Part shown: positions 53,210 through 64,000 of the stretch, piece after piece
Position numbering within the stretch: position 1 is the stretch's first letter
How the letters are laid out: every line of letters begins with the position of its first letter
Notes under the pieces: generated by a model
Database searches by the model: none
Told to the model about the DNA's origin: nothing
The model's input: the letters and a program-made list of their open reading frames with translations, nothing else
Position numbers and translations under genes: made by a program
Origin: Psilocybe cubensis
Taxonomy: Eukaryota
Direction of reading: 5' to 3'
Assembly: GCA_017499595.2 (NCBI GenBank)
Contig: CM039001.1
Location: 868,001 to 932,000 of the forward strand
DNA length: 64,000 bases

Positions 53210-54557
53210 TCAATTTTCTGACGCTAGCAACGTTTCAATCGCAGCTTCTACATTTGGGCTGAATAAAGTAGATAGTTAGCCGAAGTACTTCGATCAAAAT
53301 ATGCCTGACAGGAAAGTACCTTCGCTGGAGCACACCAATCACCACCTCTCGCTCTATTGTAGGAAACATGCCCACCGCTGTAGATATCTCTGCATCTGTT
53401 GGGATACGTAGGCCCACTCTAGCACTTCCGGTTCTTTCAACCAAGTCCCCCACCCATTCAGTGAGTCCCTCTGAGGGCAATCCTTGGTTTGTGGTAGTTG
53501 TTGTCGGGAGAGGTATCCTCGGCGTGGTTGACCTTCGACGTCTAGCGGTCGTAATTACTTCTTCATTCAGCCGGATACCTTGACGATTCTGTGACCCATC
53601 ACCTCGAGACCCGTCTGGAAGAGCGCGATTGGATCTTCTAGGAGGGTGAAGTGAACCGATAACGGGAGACAAATATCTCCTGGAAAACTGTACCACTGAT
53701 GGAGGTAGGCGGTAGGTATTGAAGCCTGCTAAATCTGAACGGTATAATTGACCGGTCAACAGTCCAATGATCGCTACCACAGCTGAACTTGGTAGTCGGC
53801 TTATTGCCATCTAGCAGACGTGTTTCATAATAAGATGCCAGTTGACTTGAGACAGTGATGCACAGAAATACCTGAAGGGCTAAAAGATAGCTGAAACTTT
53901 TATTGGTGAATGTCCATCCAAAAACTTTAAACATGTAGCTCGGGGGAACGATTCGGGAGTATTGGTACAAGATGCAAAAAATAAGAGCAGACGGTCCTGT
54001 CGCAAACTTGTTGATGCCCACTCGATTGAAGAGCATGAGAGTCACAAATTCCAATAGTGTTGCTAGCAACAAAGACATGAACACGAACGACTGCCAAATC
54101 TTTAGTACTTGATCATAAGAGTCAATGGCTACCCACTGCATATTTGACACTCCCGAACTGACGCTCGATATGTATCCCGACATTATAAAGGAGTAGAACC
54201 GCCAAGAGGAGGTCGCTTGAATTCGAGAAAGCCAAGTGGTGGATAAACAAGCGCCAATACTAAAATGTCTGAATAAAACTCGCTGCGGTTCTCGAGCGAG
54301 GATGGGATCGCTCTTACCTGGTGATAGGTTGATATATGTGGCACAAACTAGACATGTATAAGAGGAGCTCATAGAGATCTAGGCTATCAGTCTGACTTAC
54401 TTGGAGATGAAGATAGTGCTTCAAATCGAATATTCCAAAACATACAGATGAGGTGGCAGAGAAAATGATGAGACCTTTTAGCATCATTTAAGCATGGGTT
54501 ATCAAACGAAAACTCATGGAAAGAACCTTTGGTCACGGATGCATTCTCAAAAGACAT
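53210..54557 (-). CDS. DSC2: Dsc2/UBAC2-like rhomboid pseudoprotease with C-terminal UBA domain
   Basis: MSFENASVTKGL start, IERQFGSVKYAS-like segment, GPSALIFCILYQYSRIVP, LLALQMAISRLP, GLLTGQLYRSD. UBA-like end EISTAVGMFPTIEREVVIGVLQRSPNVEAAIETLL. Confidence 0.8.
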
Positions 54558-56050
54558 TGTTTGAGTTTTGAGGACGAATAATGAGGTTACCTCCTACGGG
54601 CGTGAGAGTGCTGGTGTGTGCTGACTACAAACGAGGCCCCTAACGTCCGGTAAGTAGAAGTTTGAGAGTAATTGAACTAGTTTGCAAATTTATAGCTGGT
54701 TTAGGAGGATGATAGAAAGGACATGTATGAAGTGTTGGAGTCGCAAGAGAACAAGAGACAACGAAGATTTGTCGCTGAGTCCTTTTGATAAGTGAGGGGT
54801 TGCGTTGAGCAAGAGTTACTGTCGGCAGTTGGACCTTGGTCGCGATCACGTGTCCAGCCTTAACTCCCTTTTTTGGATCTCCTCAAGGCTCAAGATCACG
54901 CAGAACCACCAGACAACCATTCCTGCCTTGTACAAGCTCTAATTAGCGCTCTTTGCGCTATGCTTAAGATTACTAGCTTTCTAATTACTTGATGATATGT
55001 CAAAGCACCGATGATGATTATCTGGATGGAAATTGAGCCAATCTTTTGTAGTTCCTAAGCTCTCTGTGCTTGCTCCCTGCCAGTTGTCCCGGGGTTCCTC
55101 TTCGACATGACGCCTGATGTTTAGTTTTTTAAAAAATTCACAGTGTTAGCAAAGTATTATTTCTGTCACATTCCCGACCACACCCATTGTGCTCGATGGC
55201 TTTTCAGTATCCCATACCATGGTCCTGATGTAGCTCTGGTGCAGTTAAGACATCGTGTGAGGAGGCCACGGGTTTATGTTCAAGAGAGTAATGCATAACA
55301 TGTCCCAGCTACCACGTTCGGGAACATATCAAATTCGCTCTGTCATTTGACAGCAAAAAAGTATGAGCCAAAGACACGGCGCATGGCCACCTGGCTAAGT
55401 CGTCCTTGACGTTGTGTGGGTATTCAACGTTCCTCTAGTGGTTCCTGGAACCTTGTGTTAGCTATATGTGCGCCATTGAACTAGAAAAGCCTTGCTTGAT
55501 CAATTTTACTGGCGTTCGACGTAACAAATGCAGAAAAATGGAATAATTTGGAATTGGAGCAAATATGTCCCTGATATGAAGCAAAATTGGAGATGAGGGA
55601 TTTCGTGAGCGCGCAGCTTATTCAACACGCGAGCATTACACTGGCAGATGGGAAAGGTTGTAACATTACTTTACATGAAGCAATGAAGAGCGAGTTCAAC
55701 AACATATTGATCCGGATCCAGTAATGCCCAATCAAGTACAAATAGTGGAACTTTTCCAGCTCCGCCGTGAATAGAATACAAGCCGGACGGCCCGATCCGA
55801 ACATTCTCCACGCCCCAACATCATATCATCGTGCTTTACACGCCCACCACCCTTCCCTGACGCGCCAAAGTTTTCCCGCGTTTCTTAAAAGCCCAATCTT
55901 ACACTCTGGCCAGATCCCAAGTGTCGAACTCGTTGGTTTGTCCTTCGGACATCTGACCATCAAACCTTGTGGCGACGGTGACCTATCCCGAACCATCCGG
56001 CTTCTTTGTAGAACCAACTTATCAGTCATCCCAAAGAAATCAAAATCAAG

Positions 56051-57807
56051 ATGAGCCTCACTACTCAATCTGTTCCCAACTTTGAGGAAGCCGCAGCAGT
56101 TGCTTCAGAGTTTATAACTAGTAAGTTTCAATATCGCAGGTGCTTTATTCTGAGACACTCCTTTCGGGGTTGTACACTTTGTGGATCTTTGTGTACAAAC
56201 TGCTTGATGGATTAATCCATCAGCAGGTTTCTTGACCATTGTGCCCGACAACGGCTCAAAAAGTTACCTCATCAAAGCGATCATATCATCTGTGTCCTTA
56301 TTGGGCATTAATTTCTATTTCGATCCAGGTTTGGATAATCTTCCACAAGAAGTCCAACATCTTCTGCATGAAATTAAGCTCAAAGAACAACGCTGCCAAG
56401 GTTTCAGACTTTTCCAAATATTCAAATTAGAGAATTTACTAATTCATTTATCCTCTTTACTAGAATTACTGCAAGATATTTCCAAAGACCAATCTAAATA
56501 TATTAAGGCAGCGCTGAAGCAAAGCTCGGCACCTTCGACCCCAACGGCTAATTCAACTAGTAAAAGTCGTACTGCATCCCCCATAACATCAATGCCGACA
56601 AATTCGCATTCAAAGGCTCATTTGCCTGCCCGCATTACCTCTGCTTATGCTGAAATAGATGTGCTTACCAATGAAAAGGTGGAAATCGCACAACGAATCA
56701 TGAATCTTTTGACGCGCACCCGAGCCCGACTTGACTCTGACCTGGCGAAAGTGCGCACGCTTCAAGGAGAACCCGCAGTGGATATCCGTTCTTCCTATGT
56801 CACCGCGACAAACCAACTCCGGTCTGCGTCTCCTTATGGCGTCAAACGACAAGATGTTTCCATTGGTCTTAGCCCCGTCATCCAAATTGGAGACAACTTG
56901 CGTAACGCAGTGAACGCGGCACAACCTGACAACGTCATATCTATATCATCTGCTTCAGGTCCCTCGTACACGAAGAGTGAGTACATTTTTGGTGAACCAT
57001 TATGCATTCCGGTGCATCAGGTTCAGTTAAAAAATCACGCTAACTTTCATCTCGTCTGCTATTTCAAGAACGCCGTCTAAATACTAATACATCCATCAAA
57101 TTGCCCAGTCCCGCCCCTGTTACAATACCACAACATTCATCGTCGACGTCGAGGTCTCGGCATTCGCGGCAGGCTCAAGCAGCACGAGTCCAGCAGCAGG
57201 AAGAAGAAGATCCCGATGCAGATGCGGAGGGAGAAGAGGACCTCGAAGGAGACGCCGATGAAGAAGATTTGACATTATACTGTTTCTGCCACAAGCAAAG
57301 TTACGGCGATGTGAGTTAACAAATCAGGGCGTTGTTGCCAATGCGCCTGTCCATCTTCGTGGCACACGCAACATATGTTAATCGTACAATTTTCAGATGA
57401 TTGGATGTGACAATCCGGACTGTCCGTACCAATGGGTGAGTGATATTTTCAACTGTCTAATCTTGATTTCTTTGGAGTCTTTCCTTGCATTTGGACGGTG
57501 TATTTCTTCGTTCAGTTTTCCATTGTGACTGTCAGAAAAATTACCTCCAATTGCCATGAGTCACGATCACGGCTATCGAGGAATAGGTGAAGCTACATTA
57601 ACCTGTAGACGTCCAGGGAATACGTGTATCCGCTTTCATGTTCCCTTTCTCTTTCTCTGATTCAGAACGGAAGCTAATCTTCATAACACCCAGTTCCATA
57701 TTACCTGTGTCGGCGTCAAGACTCCACTTCCCGACAAGTGGTATTGTCCAGAGTGCCTTAAGAATAAGGGCATGGGCACAGAAAAGCGCAAAGGTCGGAA
57801 GAAATAG
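56051..57807 (+). CDS. ING-family PHD finger chromatin protein (Yng2/Pho23-like)
   Basis: N-terminal ING domain (LDNLPQEVQHLLHEIK, LTNEKVEIAQR...RARLDSDL). PHD finger [46 protein letters not shown]. Confidence 0.92.
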
Positions 57808-59189
57808 ATAACTTTCTTAACAATCCCCCGAGCATATCTCGACAAGGACGCTTCTCACATTCCGTAGCTTTCCATGCTATCATGACATACGACCCCCTTT
57901 TCTGATCTCTATACACGCAGCTTCATGTAATCTGCCAAACCTTAATTTTCCAAGTTGTTTGTGAATTGGTTATACCAATGTACAAACTACGCTCTTGAGT
58001 TGGTACCTATTTATAGGCCAAATTGCACGAACTGCTATTATCAAAGGAATCCAGGATGCACGACGTACGGAGACGGTTCCGTTGCTACCACACGCCGATT
58101 TGGACTCTCCGAACTTATCATTGTAGTGCCGAATCAGGAGAGATTTCTATTTCCCGATTGCGAGCGCTCCAGTAAAGAATACAGTCTGAGAATGGGTACT
58201 GATTTCGGTGAGTGCACTCCAACGGATAGCCCGAGATAATGTTTTTATTTGTGCGGCTTGCATCGCCCTCGTCTCTGCACATTTCTTCTTTCGGAGGGAA
58301 GTAAGATTCCTGATAACCTTGGCACACCTGAGTACTTTGGCCTCAATTGCCTGTTCAGGAATGACTGCGACACGTAACAATACAGCCACTGGTGTTTATA
58401 ATGCTTCTGACAATGCCTTGCACATTGCTTCTGGATTGTAGCACAGGAAGACTCTATTCCAAGGCTCAGTGACACATCTGAGAGACGAGTACCGATTATC
58501 TATCTATTTTTGAAACGGCTAAAAATAATCTTGAGTGCCTTCGCCGCCGTTACTGTCCGGGTACAGGACTTGCAGATTGTAGAGGACCGAATGATCAATG
58601 GAAGGGGTAGCAAACTCTATTTGTCGTTACAGCATCAAGTCGCATTCTACAAATTGACATGCGTGACATGCCCCTGTATCATAAGAAAGATTAGCGCTCT
58701 TTTTTGTGGGTTTATCACCACTTTCCACGCGGATGGATAAACGCCGACAGTTGAAGATGTTGGAATAATCTATTATCTTGGATTCTCGTAAGTAGTAGTC
58801 GTACATGTAAACATGCAACTTTTTAATTTCTTTTAGGTTACATGCAATTATTTCACGTCAAATCGATGAATATATGCGTTATATGTACATTTACACAACA
58901 TACAGAAGTCAGCAGAAGTCAAAGTGGGCGCTGCTCGAATTTACTAGGGTTGTCAACACTGTACGCTACTGTTTTTGTGGGCTCATTTCAGAATCTACGA
59001 ATGTAGTAGGGAAAACGCATGGGAGATAAGAACTCGGGGTAGACATCTGCCTACTGTTCCACACGTAGTATTTATGGCTCATTCATGGTGTGGATCAACG
59101 TTACCAACTTCATTTAACACTAGTGTCACATTTGGCAAGTTAACTGCACACTGCTTGTCTCCGATTTAATTTTCATTCAGGCTGTGTAT

Positions 59190-60110
59190 GTAGTAACCAC
59201 CGGTGGCCATGTTTCGGCGCTTATATAGTCTCCGAAGCAAAGTCATTGGGAGCGCCTGAGATTCCTAGAGATACAGAATTTGAACACACAAAAACTGAAT
59301 ATTGAACTTTTAGGCACAGGTACTGGACTTTCTTTGGACATCAAATTCAGATAGAGAGCAAAAACTTGTAATCTATCGTATTTTTCTGTTGAAAAATTTT
59401 AAACCAAACCTGGTTTAATACCTCACGACAGAGGGGCGCCTCGGTCACGCAGAATTAAGTTTATATCTCAGTTCTTCACTAAATAAATACGTAGATGGTA
59501 TACCTACAGATTGTTGACTCGTTGATAAAAAAAGACGAAGCATAAGAGCCTGAGCAGGGTTCTGTTCTTGCTTAATGACAGGCCTGTGAGATGACTTCTC
59601 ATTTAGTGATAGTTCGATGCCTCTAATGACCTGCATTTGGTGCCCACCAACCTTCTATTAACCCCGTATACACTCGTCAGAGAATTTGAGAATGATGTGG
59701 ATTAGTAATATTAGTGACTATCTTTCGGTGTCGATTTGTTAGGTCTCCTGACTCTGATTTTCGTACATTTGGTTATTCGGATTGCAAGTTTGACCATCTA
59801 GCCGAAGTATAGGGGATTGGTTATCGTGAAAACTCCAAAAGAATGTCGTAGCAGTTAGAGATTGCACATCACATCCAACGAAAAAGCGATCGATCAAATA
59901 AGCGCGCAGGCGCGGCAGCCAGTGGTCATCTGGACCCCCACTTCATTGAACTAGACCTATACCAGAAGGCATCGTAAGTGTGTTTTTTCGTAATTTCGTT
60001 ATAACCCAGCGCTAAAACATATATCTGTAAATGCACGTATCCTATCACAGATTGTTAAAAACGAGACGTGGCCAAGACGGTGAAAGCGTTTTTAACCGGT
60101 GACCACTACG
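59190..60110. mobile_element. Possible decayed TIR element (pogo/Tc1-mariner-like ends)
   Basis: Left end gtagtaaccaccggt-ggccatgtttcg compared with the reverse complement of the right end, gtagtggtcaccggt...tggccacgtctcg. Mismatches are transitions, and the right copy has a ~20-nt insertion. No transposase ORF was recognised. Confidence 0.3.
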
Positions 60111-61561
60111 AAGATTTGGAAGGCTGAATGAGCAACTTTCTAACCAATTAGAAAGCGCGAGAGGTTTTGCATTAAAGTGTAAGATTCGGCCAAAATATGT
60201 AATGATTGGCCAAGATAGTGACCAAATAGTCCTTTTTTGCTGACTATTTGGTCAGGTTTGTCAGTTACGTGATCTTTGCCTTCGTCCATACGCTTCGAGG
60301 TCCCAGGCAGCACCCTCGGAGTACTAGTGTCGGAGAACTCAAGACATGCATTCTGTCAAGCACCCGGACCATTTGTGGATCATGATATCTTGAATCGTTG
60401 GCAAATATATTGCAAAGATAACAAGTGTACCCAGCTTTGAAAGCCCAGTTGTTAGTTGAGTGCTCTGTCCTTTCTCTAAGACATATGCCGATCTTGCAGT
60501 CGTTCCTTCCAGCGCACCATTTATGGCGAATGAAGTGCTCTGTCTACCAACCCGCTATATTCAACACCTATTCTGTTTTCTCAGTTAATATGTTCGGAAG
60601 TAATCAACACAACGTGAACCACCGCAAAATCGCTTCCTGCGACGAATCCCAAACACCATGTCATGTTTTCCGAGCAACAGTCTATTACGAGAATGGTCGA
60701 CACAAGCAATAATGACTACTTCCGCCCACAAGTCATATACTTGTAACGTGGTACAGCCAGCGCCAAATTCATCCCGATTACTCACTGCGCTGATAAAGTG
60801 TGTGTTTTTCGGTTCTATTCTTGGCGATCCTACAAGCTGTAGACTTTCTAGGATTTTTTTTTCGCTTATTTTGCTCCAGTTTGGTCCTATTTAGATGCCC
60901 GATCTCATTAGGCTCCTTGTCATCATGTCTATATCACTGTCTTTCGCAATGTTGCTTTGTTTCTAAGCCACGAAGCTAATACCCATCTGTATAGCATAGT
61001 AAATAGACATACGCATCACAAAGAAATCTGGACCGGGACAGAAATTAGAGTGCGATCCTTTCTCACTTCGGCAAAGGAACTATAAAAGGGACGTATGGTC
61101 GGCCAGGGAGGGGGACACATGCTTACGAGACACCCAGGCGCACTGGTGACTGTGTAGTCAACAGAGCAACTCTTATTTTTCACTCTCACGCCAACGTCCC
61201 GTAATTTGCCTACAATGCAACAAGGAAGCATCGGGAAGCGAGGTGCCAGGGGTAAAATATTTGTTTTATACTCCTGGGACGGCTAGTGATCCCGTCCTTC
61301 AGTAAATGTCATGTATTTATCCGCTAAATTCCGTAGCGAGTTTATGAAGGACGACCCTAGGATCGACGTCACCACTTGCGCAATGCAGGTCCCCTTCAAA
61401 AAAACATCAAAAAGCCTAACCCGAACAGACCCACCACGCTTCAATGTTCAGCGGGAATGCTAGCTTTTAATTGAAAGCAGATAACCCTTGGATTGGAGTC
61501 TAGAATCAGCATGGTTTGTATTATCTCAAGAATTTGCCAAGGCGTTTAAAGCAGGGTGACT

Positions 61562-62508
61562 CAGGACCCCTGGCAATAGGCCCAGAGGACGTTCCGTCGG
61601 ACGGACAAAATTTTTGAAAATCGACCCCTTCGGACGTTCCGAAACCGGACAGAAATCCTAGATTTTGAGCAAAATGTCGTTCCAAAAATCCGGACAGAAA
61701 AGTTGCAGGACCGCCGAGGTTCTTCCTAAAACCGGACAAAATATCAGATAAAACAAATGACAAAACTTGTCAACCGAACGATAGTGTAGAGGTAAGCAGT
61801 GTGGTCAGTTTCTGCTCTTCGATTCAGTAATATGCTGGTACTTCAAGTCTCGTTGAAACTTTTTTATTTTTCTCTTAATAACAACTTGAGTTGAGGGTTG
61901 TCGCTTCGCACGGCGATACGAGTCCTTGATGCCCTTTGCGCCGTACATTTTAAGTGCAAGACCCACCAAAACTGCCTTGCTCAATGTATCTGAATTTGCA
62001 CACCTGCCTTCCTGCAAGTTACTCACCCTCCTCTATCATAAACCCTCATCTGTCACTGCAGCAGGTTTTGAAGTTCATGCGCAAGATATTTCGCTTTACG
62101 AGACATTGGTTGAGGGAGTAGGGAGCATCAAAAAAGCGATGAAAATGTTTGCAAAGCGAAACCTAGATAGTAGTACATAGCTTTTTTTGCATCGCATACT
62201 CATTTTATGGTTTTGTATTGTACTAGGCAGGTTTTTTTTTATTACAGTGATTCTTAACATTGTTCTGAAGCGTCCCATTTGCGACTGAACTCAGCTGAAC
62301 GCGCGCAGCGACGAAAAAATCGATTTTTAGGCATGTCCGGACACAAATGGGGCCTCCCGAGGGTTGTTCCCGATTTCCGGACAAATTTTTGAAAAAATTG
62401 GTAGGTCGTTCTATATCCGGACAGAAATTTTGAAAATCGCGACGGACAAAAAACCCAGAAATCGACCTTTTTCGGGAACGTCCTCTGGGCCTATTGCCAG
62501 GGGTCCTG
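61562..62508. mobile_element. Non-autonomous DNA transposon (947 bp), 34-bp perfect TIRs, 6-bp TSD
   Basis: TIR caggacccctggcaataggcccagaggacgttcc at 61562-61595, inverted at 62475-62508. GTGACT is duplicated at 61556-61561 and 62509-62514. Subterminal CGGACA repeats and an internal ORF remnant at 61926-62180. Confidence 0.92.
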
Positions 62509-64000
62509 GTGACTCGCTAATCGACCGGTGGTTGTAAGCCCTGGCATTAAGACCCGTATGAAAGGATGTTCAAGGCTGTATGTAGCCTCATGGGCCTTGA
62601 GCCTTCCGTGCCTGTATGCAAGTTTCAGTGGACAGATAACGCCAAAAAGTGCCCCAAGACGATACAGAAGAAAATATACAGGATAATAAGGTTCAATAAG
62701 AGGGGCGGGGAGGGGGCCGAAGCTGCGGCGAGCCCTCTAAGCACCGACCGAAGTTCATTGCAAAACGTTCAAGGTCATCCAGGTCACCAGTTCGAATGTT
62801 CTCGATTCTTGAGCATGAGTCAGCACAAGTTAATTGACGCACGGACAGTCGGAGCTGGGGGGCTGTAGTTTCAAGTATAGCAGATAAACAAGCTCATTGA
62901 ACTCGGAGCATGTACAAAGCAAAGAAAGCCTATTTGTATTATATTACTTACAGAGTGTTATCAAAGAAGGAAGTCAGTATTCCGAGTGGTTGATGAAAGG
63001 TGTTTAAACTGTATAGCAATTGACTAAAATCATACGGGCCATGCCATGCGCGTAACCAAGTTTTTCTATCCCACAAATCTCCACGTTATATCCCGACCGG
63101 TAAGTAGACACGCTCGTGACGGCATGTCGCGTCAAAGGGCGAACAGAGCCGCCCCTTGCCTCAATTATGGGCTCAAGAGTTGCCTAAGTCCGTCATGATG
63201 CGCCTATATGGGCGTCACCCCATAGTGTACATAACCAGGCCAGTATTTTAGTTTGCCGGTATCGAGGAATATCGAACAGAGTATCGGCAAATTCAACATA
63301 ATTCCATAAAGATAGTCCTGCAATTGAGATCATCATGTTTCTCAATGATTTGCGTTGTTAAGCGTGATGCGAGGGCGAAAAAGTTGGTAGGGTCGCAGTT
63401 TTGTTGATTGGACTACGTTATCTTATTGTTATCTAGAAATATTGAAGTGGCCATGTCGTCCGCGTTCTGAATTTTGCACAAGTTGATCAAGTATCATTCT
63501 TGAGCAGGAAAGTTCCTGTGGCGGTCAATCACTGGACACTCAACAAAGTGTCCACTTCGATGGCGGCATCGAGAGAGGGTTCTAGCGTATTATTGGCCAA
63601 TCTCCCGTTATATGGTCTGATAATGTGTCGCCATATCTGTGTCATGCGAGTTGGGCGGTTGCGAATAGTAAAGTTTTGGACCGATAAATAGATTGCGAGT
63701 CATCTACAAGTAGTACCAGCCTTGACGGTTCCGCTTGAAAGGGTTAGTCGCAACGGAAATACGTCATACCGACAGCATCTGACTGTGCTTGCAGTCGTTC
63801 TGGATATCAGATGTCTCGACTACTGCGCCTACAACTCTCGGAAGGATTCGGTCCCAAGAACGCTGTAAACAAGTATCTCAGGATCAGCCGTCATCCTCGA
63901 ACACAGGGTAACGGATGGATGAATGAATGATCACATAGCATTTCTCCTGTGTTCCCTAGAGACTTGTGTCTTCCCGAGGCTATGACCTTCAGAATTTATG

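Noticed and set aside
60400-64000. Short ORFs flanking the transposon, as a possibly interrupted host gene
   Set aside because: Joining the flanks across the TSD gave no convincing continuous frame or known motif.

Overview
Eukaryotic, intron-rich fungal DNA. Short GT-AG introns and gene content point to a mushroom-forming basidiomycete (Agaricomycetes); this is inferred, not database-confirmed. A compact housekeeping block (~5.8-57.8 kb) holds Tpa1/Ofd1, Coa3, SIN-type Cdc14, an FAH-family hydrolase, SSADH, Mgm101, a GCP5-like gamma-tubulin component, a CNH-like protein, a TRP/Flc-like membrane protein, Pet112/GatB, a beta-helix membrane protein, poly(A) polymerase, Ist3/RBMX2, eIF3d, Dsc2 and an ING PHD protein. 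Accessory-looking flanks lie on either side: a triply frameshifted HET-domain pseudogene on the left and transposon relics on the right. The most notable observations are: (1) two intronless orphan genes 26 kb apart share an RKxPxCxxCKxPxxGHxxxG(x)C zinc-knuckle and a C-terminal tail anchor, suggesting an uncharacterised membrane-anchored zinc-knuckle family; (2) a 947-bp non-autonomous DNA transposon with perfect 34-bp TIRs and an uncommon 6-bp TSD; (3) two 7-nt microexons and a GC-AG intron in SSADH; (4) a recurrent ATCACGTG promoter motif; (5) a GC-rich, microsatellite-rich domain at ~5.8-21.2 kb. Gene boundaries were reconstructed by eye and span introns.
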